Made by a program: the position numbers and the translations under genes. 64,000 bases of DNA, taken from contig JAFWMR010000003.1 in NCBI GenBank assembly GCA_017513905.1, forward strand, positions 3,544 to 67,543, in the 5' to 3' direction. Under the pieces are notes generated by a model that was given only the letters and a program-made list of their open reading frames with translations, searched no databases and had not been told where the DNA came from. This stretch comes from Candidatus Saccharimonadota bacterium (lineage in GTDB: Bacteria; Patescibacteriota; Saccharimonadia; Saccharimonadales; Saccharimonadaceae). This document shows, piece by piece, positions 16,179-29,057 of this stretch (position 1 is the stretch's first letter; each line of letters begins with the position of its first letter).

Positions 16179-17453
16179 TCAATGTTTTTTTAAATCTTTC
16201 ATTGCAATTTCAGTCACCATTTCCGCCAGTTTCTTTGCAGAATCTAATTTCGCTTCCTCATGTAGCTTTGCCGCCAATTTAGTCCTCTCGGAAGGTTTCT
16301 TCGCCAATTCTCTCACCATCTCCAACAATTTCTTCGGATGTTTCACCATTACGGCATCGTCAATACACTTTGCTGCGCCAATCTCTTCCAGGCGCTCTGC
16401 GTTTCTTGTTTGATGCGCACCTGGTAACTCCGCAAATGGCACCAAAATCACAGCTTTGCCTAGACTTGCTAATTCCGCAATAGTCGTAGCACCAGCTCGC
16501 GACACAACAATATCCGCTGCTCCAAGTAATTCGGCCATATTTGAATTAAATTCCCACATCCTAAACCCGCTTTTGAGTTTAGCATCCTCCCATTCCTCAT
16601 ATTTCTTCAAATCAGTCATCTCTTCGTAATGTTTTCTACCAGCTATCAGGCCAACCTCTGTAAACTTCAACATCTCCGGTAATATTTCTTTTACTGCATT
16701 ATTTATATGTAACGCTCCCTGGCTACCTCCAGTTATCACCACTAATGGTTTAGTAGAGCAAAACCCAAAAGACCTCTTCAGGCTTCCCTCTCGAGAATCT
16801 GTCACTTTTCTAAACTCATCAGCAATAGGCGTACCCGTCCACACCCATTTCTCGCGCCCCGGAATTGGTTCTTCCTTCATAACTTTAGAACCATCTTCGT
16901 CTTCGACCTCTACTTCACGCATAGTATCAAATCTCGCACCCATCGCCACTCTCTCGGCTTTTTTCATTAAAAGCCTATTAGCTAGCCCTGGAGTCGCATC
17001 ACTTTCATGAATCACATAGGGAATCTTAAACCACTTGGCGACAATCCCCACCGGTAATCCCACAAAACCACCTTTCAAAAAAATTACGTTTGGACGATTC
17101 TTTTTAAGCAGCAGTCTAAAGAAACACTGTACAATTCCAGCCATAAATCCAAAGAACCCAAGGATATTCTTGAATACTAAATCAACCAATGTTATTCGCC
17201 ACGCTACAAAGTAATCCTTCAATTTCCAACCTGCATATCGTCGAAACTTTCCAGAACACACTTTCTTTACCACCATATTCAAATCACCACCAGTTTTTCC
17301 AAGTACAGTTAATTTCAGAACGTTCTTATAGTATTTTCTATCAGTCCAAAACTCCACACGTGTTCGCGGACGATCAGCTAATATTTCACGCACTACAGCA
17401 ATAGCAGGGGTGATATGACCACCACTACCTCCTCCGACTACGAGAATTTTCAT
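16179..17453 (-). CDS. murG: MurG, undecaprenyl-PP-MurNAc-pentapeptide GlcNAc transferase (longer than usual at 424 aa)
   Basis: MKILVVGGGSGGHITPAIAV G-loop and a GT28 C-terminal domain. An acidic insertion is present (EVEVEDEDGSKVMKEE). Confidence 0.9.
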   Translation of the reverse strand: MKILVVGGGSGGHITPAIAVVREILADRPRTRVEFWTDRKYYKNVLKLTVLGKTGGDLNMVVKKVCSGKFRRYAGWKLKDYFVAWRITLVDLVFKNILGFFGFMAGIVQCFFRLLLKKNRPNVIFLKGGFVGLPVGIVAKWFKIPYVIHESDATPGLANRLLMKKAERVAMGARFDTMREVEVEDEDGSKVMKEEPIPGREKWVWTGTPIADEFRKVTDSREGSLKRSFGFCSTKPLVVITGGSQGALHINNAVKEILPEMLKFTEVGLIAGRKHYEEMTDLKKYEEWEDAKLKSGFRMWEFNSNMAELLGAADIVVSRAGATTIAELASLGKAVILVPFAELPGAHQTRNAERLEEIGAAKCIDDAVMVKHPKKLLEMVRELAKKPSERTKLAAKLHEEAKLDSAKKLAEMVTEIAMKDLKKH

Positions 17454-18636
17454 TCAACCTCCTCTTCTTCAAATGCGAATTACTGAATTTCGCCTGCTTC
17501 ATTTCTTTTTCTCTTTTAGTATAGCATGACAACTGAAATGTTATTCCTAATGCTATGGTCACAAACATCATACTTGTTCCGCCATAGCTTAATAACGGCA
17601 GGGTAATACCAGTTAGTGGCACCAATCCCGTCATCGCCATAATATTTACAGCCATCTGTACAGCTATCCAAGAAAACACACCCACCGCCACTAATCTTTG
17701 TTCCGAATCAGCAGCCAGCTCTGCCACGCGCATCACCCTCGTCAGTAATATTACGAATACTGCCACTACTAATCCTAATCCTATAAATCCAAAAGTCTCA
17801 CCCATCACGGCAAACACCGAATCGTTAATACTTTCCGGTAAATATCCAGTCGCCTGCACGCTATTCCCTACCCCCACACCAGTCAAACCACCGGTTCCAA
17901 TTGCGATCATTGCATTTTCAATATGATAAGTATCAGCACCATCACCGTTAATGAATGTTCTTACGCGCTCAACACGATGCGGACTTGTCACGATTACGCC
18001 CACACCAGCAACCAGAATCAGCCCCAATACCAACGCAAATTTCTTCAACTCTACACCGCTCGCAAAAATAGTTCCTAGGACAATTGCAATCAAAACCGTT
18101 CCAGTCCCTAAATCCTTTTGCACTACAATCACAAAGAACAATGAAACAATAGACGCCACACCAACTGGCAACCAAAAGTCACTTTTATTAATCGTCCCCT
18201 CTGCCTTTCTACTCGCTGCTAACTGCGAAAGATACATCAAAAGACCCAATTTCAAAAACTCAGCCGGCTGTAAACTGCCAAAACTACCTATATTAATCCA
18301 TCGACACGCGCCCAATTCGCACTTTGCAAGACCAGAACCAACTTTAGCGAGTAACCACAGCCCCACAGACAATACCACACCAAGAACCAAAATCCATTTC
18401 CCCCATCTTCGCATCTTTTCATACGGAATCTTATAGGCCAACACAAACGCAACTATAGAGATAATTACATTGATTAATTGTCTCACAAAAAAATGATTCT
18501 CAGAAATATTTCCACCATATGCAGCATTTAAAAAATTCGCTCTCATCGGTCCAATCGCATATATAATGATCAACCCAGCAAATAGCAAAAGTAATGCCAT
18601 TGCAACAATTATTCGATCTCCACGATGCCTTCGCAT
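17425..18636 (-). CDS. ftsW: SEDS-family FtsW/RodA peptidoglycan glycosyltransferase
   Basis: About 10 TM helices and the conserved LPESINDSVFAV and PLLSYGGTS motifs. Confidence 0.9.
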   Translation of the reverse strand: MRRHRGDRIIVAMALLLLFAGLIIIYAIGPMRANFLNAAYGGNISENHFFVRQLINVIISIVAFVLAYKIPYEKMRRWGKWILVLGVVLSVGLWLLAKVGSGLAKCELGACRWINIGSFGSLQPAEFLKLGLLMYLSQLAASRKAEGTINKSDFWLPVGVASIVSLFFVIVVQKDLGTGTVLIAIVLGTIFASGVELKKFALVLGLILVAGVGVIVTSPHRVERVRTFINGDGADTYHIENAMIAIGTGGLTGVGVGNSVQATGYLPESINDSVFAVMGETFGFIGLGLVVAVFVILLTRVMRVAELAADSEQRLVAVGVFSWIAVQMAVNIMAMTGLVPLTGITLPLLSYGGTSMMFVTIALGITFQLSCYTKREKEMKQAKFSNSHLKKRRLNENSRSRRR

Positions 18637-18728
18637 CTAAAACCCCTTCATTCCTTTCGCATTTTTCGTACGCGCTTCAATCACACTTCTACTTCTGTAA
18701 GATCGTCTAAATCCACCCAAAATGTACA

Positions 18729-19760
18729 TTATGCAATCCCCGATGCACTTGCAATAAATAAGCCTAGTACCGCCGCAATTCCAGCAATTACCCAGAAGCG
18801 CATCACAATCTTCGCTTCGCCCCATCCCTTCGCTTCGTAATGATGATGTATCGGCGCGGAAATAAAAATCTTTCTATGGAAAAACTTCTTCGAGGTCATT
18901 TGTAAGAGTGACGAACCTGCTTCCACTACTAACATTACGCCAATAACCGGGAGCAATAAGAATGCATTAGTCATCATTGCCACCACGCCCAAACCTGCAC
19001 CGAGAGCGAATGACCCAGTGTCACCCATCATAAATCGTGCTGGCGGCACATTGAACCACACATACGATAATAGCCAACCAACTACGGTAAAGCAGAATCC
19101 AAACAGCATCCACTGACCCTGAAATAACGCTATAACACCATAGGCACCATATGCCATCATCATCAAGCCCCCTGCTAAGCCATCAAGTCCATCAGAAATA
19201 TTCACCGCATTACCGGTCGCCACAACTGCAAACGCGAATAGCAACATCATTCCCACCACGCCAAGCTCCATACTTCCAACAAACGGTACCATCACTTCAG
19301 TCCACCCAAGCTTCGCGGTAAAGAACCATCCCAATACCAATCCAACTAGCGAAATCAAAACCATCTTAGTAGGTGCACGCAAACCAGCTGCCCCTTCCCC
19401 GCTGCCAAACACATTAATAAGATCATCGATAAATCCTACAGCTGCACCACCGAGAAACCCTGCTATTGGCAACCAAGTCTGCCCTCGATCGAGGTTACAA
19501 ATAAACGTCACAACCGTAACTACAACTACGCCAATAATGCCAGCCATTGTCGGAAATTTGCGCTTAAACTTATGTGCATGTAACTTCGTCATAATCGGAA
19601 GCGCAGTTCCATCAGCAGTTACCTTCTTTTGCTTTTTCCAAAACTTATATTTATAAGCAAAATATGTATAAAGTGGTGTCAAAAACATTGCCAAAAGAAA
19701 TGATCCAAGCGTTAAGATCAATCCAAAGAACATTTCATTATTAATTTCTGTTTTCCACAT
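18729..19760 (-). CDS. mraY: phospho-N-acetylmuramoyl-pentapeptide transferase
   Basis: Polytopic protein with the MraY motifs NVFGSGEGAAGL, NISDGLDGLA and MGDTGSFALG. Confidence 0.9.
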   Translation of the reverse strand: MWKTEINNEMFFGLILTLGSFLLAMFLTPLYTYFAYKYKFWKKQKKVTADGTALPIMTKLHAHKFKRKFPTMAGIIGVVVVTVVTFICNLDRGQTWLPIAGFLGGAAVGFIDDLINVFGSGEGAAGLRAPTKMVLISLVGLVLGWFFTAKLGWTEVMVPFVGSMELGVVGMMLLFAFAVVATGNAVNISDGLDGLAGGLMMMAYGAYGVIALFQGQWMLFGFCFTVVGWLLSYVWFNVPPARFMMGDTGSFALGAGLGVVAMMTNAFLLLPVIGVMLVVEAGSSLLQMTSKKFFHRKIFISAPIHHHYEAKGWGEAKIVMRFWVIAGIAAVLGLFIASASGIA

Positions 19761-19794
19761 ATTATTCTATTTTACTCCATACCACTTTTTAAGT

Positions 19795-21534
19795 CTACGC
19801 TCCCGGTCTTATTTTTAAGTAATCAATCAGGTAGTTCGATATTTCATTAAACACCGGCATGGCGTACTGTTCTGCACCAGTCGTCTCTCCATCTTTCCAT
19901 ATTCTCACCATCGCTAAATATTGAGGCATTTCGCCGGATCTTCCACCGAATCCTATATATGTCGCTACCCACTCATCCATCGAATACGCCCCATTACGAA
20001 TCACCTGCGCCGTTCCTGTTTTTCCACCAATATAATATCCATCTCTATCGACCCCATACGATCTCTGAGCCGATCGGGTTCCCCACAGCATCTCTCGCAT
20101 CTGTGCACTAGTCTCCTCTTTTACCGTCCTCCGTACTGGACCTTTAGCTTCTTTTTCTACAAGAACACCGTCTTCCATATAGCCCTTTACTATTGTCGGC
20201 GTGTAATACTCACCACCATTTATGAGCGATGCGTATCCGCTAGCAACCTGTATCATCGTTACCATCATATTCTGCCCAAAGGTCATATTCGCATACATCG
20301 AATCACGCCCATCACCCTCTATCGGATCATTAATCAATCCCTTCGCTTCAAATAATTCAATCCCCGTCTCCTGCCCAAGCCCGAAATGATTCACAAAATA
20401 ATCATAAAGAATTTTTCTTCCCTTCTCATTAATTTGCGTAGTATCCCCACCAATTGCTCTCAACGCATACATACTACCAGTATTGAGACTCCAGTTAAAT
20501 GCATCCTGAATAGTCCTCACGCCAAGTATATTCGATTGCCCATAGGTAGAGTTTTTAATCATCCACCCATCAACCATTTCATACCCATTATTATAGAAGG
20601 TAGTCTGAGCATTTAATGCACCCAGATCTATAGCTGTCGCAAAGGTAAAACCTTTACATACGCTCGCTGGCTCATACGGGTCAGTCGTCACTCGGTTTGT
20701 ATAGACTTCTGCGCCATCCACATTACCGTAATTTGCGGGATCATAACTCGGCAAATTAACCATCGCAAGAACTTCCCCGTTTCTCGGATTCATCACGAGC
20801 GCACTCGCCTGATCTTTACCAAATTCTTGCATCTTCTGCGCCACAATCTTCTCTACGTTCTTCTGAATATTTCGGTCTACGCTCAATACTACATTTTTTC
20901 CATCTTCAGCAGGTATTTTCACATTATCATTACCAATCGAAAGTGCAACATGATTAACGTCCGCGATTGTTTTTAGCAGACCATCCTTACCAGAAAGTTC
21001 TTCATCAAGCGAACCTTCGACGCCATATTGCCCTTCTCCATCATCATTAACAAATCCCAGGAGTCTAGCCGCCAACGTGCCCTCTGGATAAACCCTCTTT
21101 GTCATCCCCTTTAGCCACACGCCAGTCGGGTCCTTCTCTTCAATCTTCTTAGCTTGTTCCCTACTTACATTTTTTGCAACTACCATGTATCTTAGCGATT
21201 TATCAGCCGTTACGTCACTCAGTTCCACTATCAAATTATCTTTCATGTCATCAGTAAAGATAACATTCTTTAGCTCATCCTCATCTATAATCATTGGATC
21301 GACAATTATCGTATATACTTGCTTATTCATCACTACTGCTACCGGCTCGCTTCCGTCCATCATATAAATCTCACCGCGTTTAGCCTTGATTGTGTTCTCC
21401 ATCGTGTGTTGAGCTTCAGCTTTGGCTACCCATTCATTTTTCTGAATAATCTGTATCACAAATAAGCGCACCAATATAACCGCAGCTACAGCATAAAACA
21501 TCAACTTCAAAAACTTCAGACGCTTATCATTCAT
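19795..21534 (-). CDS. ftsI: penicillin-binding protein 2/FtsI-type transpeptidase
   Basis: N-terminal TM and PBP dimerisation domain, an SxxK-like motif (ASVCK), and KTG (GGKTGTAQ). Confidence 0.85.
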   Translation of the reverse strand: MNDKRLKFLKLMFYAVAAVILVRLFVIQIIQKNEWVAKAEAQHTMENTIKAKRGEIYMMDGSEPVAVVMNKQVYTIIVDPMIIDEDELKNVIFTDDMKDNLIVELSDVTADKSLRYMVVAKNVSREQAKKIEEKDPTGVWLKGMTKRVYPEGTLAARLLGFVNDDGEGQYGVEGSLDEELSGKDGLLKTIADVNHVALSIGNDNVKIPAEDGKNVVLSVDRNIQKNVEKIVAQKMQEFGKDQASALVMNPRNGEVLAMVNLPSYDPANYGNVDGAEVYTNRVTTDPYEPASVCKGFTFATAIDLGALNAQTTFYNNGYEMVDGWMIKNSTYGQSNILGVRTIQDAFNWSLNTGSMYALRAIGGDTTQINEKGRKILYDYFVNHFGLGQETGIELFEAKGLINDPIEGDGRDSMYANMTFGQNMMVTMIQVASGYASLINGGEYYTPTIVKGYMEDGVLVEKEAKGPVRRTVKEETSAQMREMLWGTRSAQRSYGVDRDGYYIGGKTGTAQVIRNGAYSMDEWVATYIGFGGRSGEMPQYLAMVRIWKDGETTGAEQYAMPVFNEISNYLIDYLKIRPGA

Positions 21535-21582
21535 CTTATGCTTATTATATCACAAATCCCCTCTATTAATAGAATGAGGAAC

Positions 21583-24665
<3,083 letters not shown>

Positions 24666-24685
<20 letters not shown>

Positions 24686-25544
24686 TTTCCAACCTCTCTA
24701 TTCTTTTTTCAATCGGCGGGTGCGTCGAGAACAATCCATTCACTCCTTTTTTCTTTAGCGGATTAGAAATAAACATTGCTTCTGTCGCTGGGTTCTGTTG
24801 TTGCATCGGTTGTGAATGTGTTTCCAATTTCTTCAAGGCCGAAATCATCCCCTCTGGGTACCTCGTTAGCATCACGGCTGACGAGTCTGCAAGGTACTCC
24901 CTTTGTCGAGACGCAGCCATCTGCGCTAAACTCGCAGCGATTGGCGCTACGACAATCGCAAGCATCAACATTATCATCCCTACCGGACTGCTATCTTCAC
25001 TACTTCGTCGATTACTACGCCATGCAATTCTCCATCCAATATCTGCGATAAAACCAATCATACAAACCAAGCCAAATACTATAGTCGAAACTCGGATATC
25101 GTAATTTTTCACATGAGACATCTCGTGAGCCATCACGGCAGTCAGCTCTTTATTATCCATGATATCGAGTAATCCGGTCGTCGCACAAACTAACGAATGC
25201 TCTGGATCTCGCCCAGATGCAAAGGCGTTCGGGGCTTTATCCTCAATAATATACACCTCAGGCATCGGCAACCCAGCTGTTATTGCCAAGTTTTCCACAG
25301 TATCATAAAGTCTTGGATTATCTTTTTTCTCAATTTTCTTAGCCCCAGTCATAGCCACCGCAATTCTGCTCGCAGCAAAATACTGAATAGTAGCATATAC
25401 TGTCGCTGCACCCATAACCCACGCCGCAATCATCCAATCATCGTAAGCGTAAGCAAATAAAGCGCCAATCGCGGCCACAAACAGCACGAACCCAATCATA
25501 ATAAAGACAGTGTTGCGCTTGTTAGCCGCGATATTTTTGTACAT
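24666..25544 (-). CDS. htpX: M48 zinc metalloprotease HtpX
   Basis: HEMSH motif, TM helices, and the C-terminal sequence STHPPIEKRI. Confidence 0.9.
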
Positions 25545-25558
25545 TTTTTACTTAGTTA

Positions 25559-26137
25559 TTAGAACTTGACGTCTGGAGCGGACTCAATCTTTGTACGCTC
25601 AGCTTCAGCAACTTCAAAGTAATCGCGTACCTTGAAATGTCCCACAATCTTATTAATAACGTTGGTCGGGAAAGTTTTAAGCTTAGTATTTAGCTCTTTA
25701 GCACCAGCATTGTAAAAGCGGCGGGCAGCCTGAATTTTATCTTCAACATCTTGAAGCTGCTCTTGGAGCTTCTGAAAGTTGCCATTTGCTTTCAACTCTG
25801 GATAAGCCTCGGCAATTGCAAAAACCTTAGAGAGCGCATTAGTCATATCCGCCTCAGCCTTCGCAGCCGACTTTACAGTCTTTGCACTCATCACGGCAGA
25901 ACGCGCTTCGGTTACGCCTTCAAATACTTCTTTCTCGTGTTTCGCATAACCCTTAACGGTCTCGACAACGTTTGGAATAAGATCCGCACGATATTTCAAT
26001 TGAACGGTAATGTCAGACCAAGCTTCATTCACACGCTCGTCAAGTTTTACCAATCCATTATATGTCGACCAGATGGCCGCAATAAACATTAATACTACTA
26101 ATAATATAACAATTAGGACTACAGTGCCTGTGTTCAT
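25559..26137 (-). CDS. lemA: LemA family protein
   Basis: N-terminal TM followed by a LemA helical domain. AAGGAG SD. The LemA-HtpX pairing is typical. Confidence 0.85.
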   Translation of the reverse strand: MNTGTVVLIVILLVVLMFIAAIWSTYNGLVKLDERVNEAWSDITVQLKYRADLIPNVVETVKGYAKHEKEVFEGVTEARSAVMSAKTVKSAAKAEADMTNALSKVFAIAEAYPELKANGNFQKLQEQLQDVEDKIQAARRFYNAGAKELNTKLKTFPTNVINKIVGHFKVRDYFEVAEAERTKIESAPDVKF

Positions 26138-26190
26138 TATTTTCTCCTTTTATACAAATAATTATATATGAATGGACAAAAAAGTAAAGC

Positions 26191-26219
26191 TTGTAAAACT
26201 CCATCAGGTTTGTTATAAT
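26191..26219 (+). promoter_or_regulatory. putative promoter of tRNA-Gly
   Basis: TTGTAA, a 17-nt spacer ending in TGt, then TATAAT, located 10 nt before the tRNA 5' end. Confidence 0.6.
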
Positions 26220-26229
26220 TCAAGAGTCT

Positions 26230-26306
26230 GCGAATGTAGCTCAGTTGTTTAGAGCGCTTCCTTGCCAAGGAAGAGGTCGAGAGTTAGAGTCTCTTCATTC
26301 GCACCA
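26230..26306 (+). tRNA. tRNA-Gly (anticodon GCC), CCA encoded
   Basis: Manual cloverleaf: acceptor GCGAATG/CATTCGC, D stem GCTC/GAGC, anticodon stem CTTCC/GGAAG with loop TTGCCAA, and T stem GAGAG/CTCTT. The T loop is unusual (TTAGAGT) and the D loop lacks GG. Confidence 0.85.
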
Positions 26307-27840
26307 TAAGAGAATTTGAAGGCTCTTCGGAGCCTTTTTTGATTGGTTTTAATCTGTAAATTGGGCAAATATTTTGTGTGTAAACATTTTTATTATCGTC
26401 CACGAAAAAACCGTCCGGAAATAGTAATTGTTTACACAATCGCATTTCTTTGGGCGGAAGACAGAGGACATTGTGAGCAAGGTTATCAATGAATCCAATG
26501 GCGAATCCGCAGAAGTCATCGAGTCTCAAGGCATCAATATCCCCAAGCTCATTTATATCCCTATCGTAACCCTTAATCCTATCCATGGCTTCCTCGTATT
26601 CGCTCTTAATCCTATCCTTCATCGGTCCAGGTTGCTCTAATAGGTATTGGCTGAAAAGTTTATCAGCCCTTTCCTTTACTCTAGCGCGTTGAGAATGCAG
26701 TTGCAGGGATTTGGACTCAAAGTCACCTTCTTCCAAGTCAAATACAGTCGACAGCGAGTCTTGAATGGCCTTCTGCCCACTCTTTGTCAGCTCCATAGAG
26801 GATACTACCTCCTTAACTTTCTCCTGTACTTCTTCCCTCGGAATCGACATATAGCATCCTCGACAGCGGTATTTGTCATATTTGCTTCCTCGATTATTTG
26901 CAACAGTGACGCCTACGAGGACATTGTATTTTGATTTAGTGCATGGGCAACCAACGTGCGTAATCATCTGGTTGAACGGGTAAAGGGGGTTGCCGGCGGG
27001 GTTGGGCCCCTTTTGATTCTTGGGTTTGTTGTTGAATGCCTCGACTATTCTTTCATGTTGTTCTCTAGTTATGAGCTTCTCGTGTAAGCCATTGGGATTA
27101 TACGCATCCACTACTTTATGCATTTCTACGACACCACAGAGGTACGGGTCAATACAAGCAGCCCGCCATTTATCCATCTTTAGCGGAGCCTTCTTTATTC
27201 CTGCTAATTCAATCGAACGATTATAGTCCCGCAGAGCAACCGTAGTGCTAACTAGGCCGTCTGCAATTCCTATTAGTTGAGCCTTAAACAGTGGCCCAAT
27301 GACTGGATCTATCACGGCTATCCCAGGTTTTGGCCCACGCATATAGCCCAACTTAGGAGGAAACGGGTAACGACCGTCCCTGATGGCTTTCTCGTGGCCC
27401 GCTTTGGTTTTCCTGGCTCTTTCCTCGTTGCTCGCTTCTCCGGCGCCAAGCGCCATGCTAAGCATTATCTTCCCGGTCGAGTCCTTGTGATTATACTTCT
27501 CGTCGGAGAAAAGAATCTCAACGCCACGTTTCTGGAATTCCACGATAAACCAACCGGCTTCATTAATCGAGCGCATGAAGCGGTCCGGTTCGTCAACTAT
27601 AACGTACTTAATCTGTTTATTTCTACTACAGAAATCCAGAGCTTCGAGCAGGTCCTTCCTATAGATGTTCTTCCCGCACTTACTAGAATAACTTCCGCTC
27701 CATATCTTTACTATCTCTAGGTTGTGCTTTTCCGCAACATTTCTAACGGACTCTTCTTGCCTGCTAAGGCTGTTATTCTTCAATTGTTCATCAGAAGAAA
27801 CCCTACAAAGGGCGATTGCTTTTTGCCTTGTCTCGTTCAT
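26284..27840 (-). CDS. large serine recombinase (integrase)
   Basis: Resolvase catalytic domain AIALCRVSSDEQ..SLSRQ, a recombinase domain, a Cys zinc ribbon (CPC...CRGC) and a coiled-coil. The ATG at 27840 has a GAGG SD. The 28 codons upstream in the ORF track were discarded. Confidence 0.85.
   Translation of the reverse strand: MNETRQKAIALCRVSSDEQLKNNSLSRQEESVRNVAEKHNLEIVKIWSGSYSSKCGKNIYRKDLLEALDFCSRNKQIKYVIVDEPDRFMRSINEAGWFIVEFQKRGVEILFSDEKYNHKDSTGKIMLSMALGAGEASNEERARKTKAGHEKAIRDGRYPFPPKLGYMRGPKPGIAVIDPVIGPLFKAQLIGIADGLVSTTVALRDYNRSIELAGIKKAPLKMDKWRAACIDPYLCGVVEMHKVVDAYNPNGLHEKLITREQHERIVEAFNNKPKNQKGPNPAGNPLYPFNQMITHVGCPCTKSKYNVLVGVTVANNRGSKYDKYRCRGCYMSIPREEVQEKVKEVVSSMELTKSGQKAIQDSLSTVFDLEEGDFESKSLQLHSQRARVKERADKLFSQYLLEQPGPMKDRIKSEYEEAMDRIKGYDRDINELGDIDALRLDDFCGFAIGFIDNLAHNVLCLPPKEMRLCKQLLFPDGFFVDDNKNVYTQNICPIYRLKPIKKGSEEPSNSLMVRMKRL
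26319..26340 (+). terminator. rho-independent terminator after tRNA-Gly
   Basis: AAGGCTC-ttcg-GAGCCTT followed by TTTT. It lies inside the 3' end of the recombinase ORF on the opposite strand. Confidence 0.7.
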
Positions 27841-27926
27841 GATTAACCTCACGGACAATATGGGGGGCTCCCTGGACAAGACATTCCGAAGAACCTCTAT
27901 GGAAGCACCCCATATTGCCAACAAAG

Positions 27927-28118
27927 TTAATTGGCGTTAACTGGTTCTTCGTTATCATAAATTGTCTTGTCCAATTCCATTATCTCATCTTTCTCATGTT
28001 TACGCCATAGGTCATATAGGTACTTTAAGAAATTAGTCGCACAATCCTGTTCTATCTTCGTGTAGCCTGCCTTGCAGACGCGTCCAGATGGGTTGTTGGG
28101 GGCGACTTTTTTATCCAT
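27927..28118 (-). CDS. hypothetical small protein (63 aa) directly upstream of the recombinase; possible directionality or DNA-binding factor
   Basis: The call rests on position only. I recognise no motif. Confidence 0.35.
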   Translation of the reverse strand: MDKKVAPNNPSGRVCKAGYTKIEQDCATNFLKYLYDLWRKHEKDEIMELDKTIYDNEEPVNAN

Positions 28119-28170
28119 GTCCCAAGTCTAAACCAACCATTAGAAGCGATAAATGACGAGCGGAGAGATT

Positions 28171-28947
28171 CTAAACAGACTTTAAACCGACTGCTTGTCC
28201 AACAATTAATTCGTAATAGTCTACTCTACGCCCAGCCTTGTGGGAGGCTATATCTATTTCGTGGCTTACATCTCGTAATGCCTTCTTAGTCTCCGAGATT
28301 GCGTCATTCCTTGCTGGGTCATCAACCTCATCACGGAAACGGGAGATGACTCCTTCAATCCCTTTTGCGGACACAGTATGCTCATCCGCCAGCAGGAACT
28401 CTTCTAGTACGGCCTCGCGCAATGGCGAATTGTTGATACCAGTGAGCAGGGCGCCATCGTAATAATAGCTTCCCAAATTATCTTTCTGAAACTTCCCGTA
28501 CAACTTCTTTTTCAGCACGGATTCAATTAATTGATCCAGGTCGGTATCGTAGATGTCTAGGGCGATGGCAGGAAAAGAATCGGGCGGGAATCCACTGACG
28601 AACGGGACCATCATCTGAGGATTCCAGCCATAGTCTTCCCCCAAGTGTCCCTGGCATAAAGCCAGAGATTGTTCATACTCGAAAGTATTGTTTGGCCGAT
28701 AAAAATGCAACAAATTCTTTTCGGAAAGAACTCGGAGCCACTTCAGAATAATGGGTTCAGTCAACGTTTCGTCACCGACCTGCGTAGGATGAAACCAGAA
28801 TTGGCAGGAGCGGCCGTTCACAAGGAACTGTTCCCGAATCTCTTCGACAACCTTCTTCAAAACCTTTCTACTCCCCTCGCTATATTCATTCATATCGAAT
28901 GGGATCATATACGCATTGTAACATGCTGAATCCGCTAGTGATTCCAC
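28171..28947 (-). CDS. hypothetical protein (258 aa; GTG start, alternative ATG at 28908)
   Basis: Long ORF with normal amino-acid composition. I recognise no motif. Confidence 0.55.
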   Translation of the reverse strand: MESLADSACYNAYMIPFDMNEYSEGSRKVLKKVVEEIREQFLVNGRSCQFWFHPTQVGDETLTEPIILKWLRVLSEKNLLHFYRPNNTFEYEQSLALCQGHLGEDYGWNPQMMVPFVSGFPPDSFPAIALDIYDTDLDQLIESVLKKKLYGKFQKDNLGSYYYDGALLTGINNSPLREAVLEEFLLADEHTVSAKGIEGVISRFRDEVDDPARNDAISETKKALRDVSHEIDIASHKAGRRVDYYELIVGQAVGLKSV

Positions 28948-29057
28948 TTTTAACAGAGGTAAAAACGTTCCTCGTGTTATATTAGTACAGAGAAAAAACT
29001 TGGTTCATAGCAATCAACGGCTTTTGCTTATATAAAGTTTGACTTATCTTGACTTCG

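Noticed and set aside
27841-27924. 28-codon N-terminal extension of the recombinase ORF
   Set aside because: Serine recombinases begin a few residues before the catalytic-serine beta strand. The ATG at 27840 has a GAGG SD, whereas the upstream part has none.
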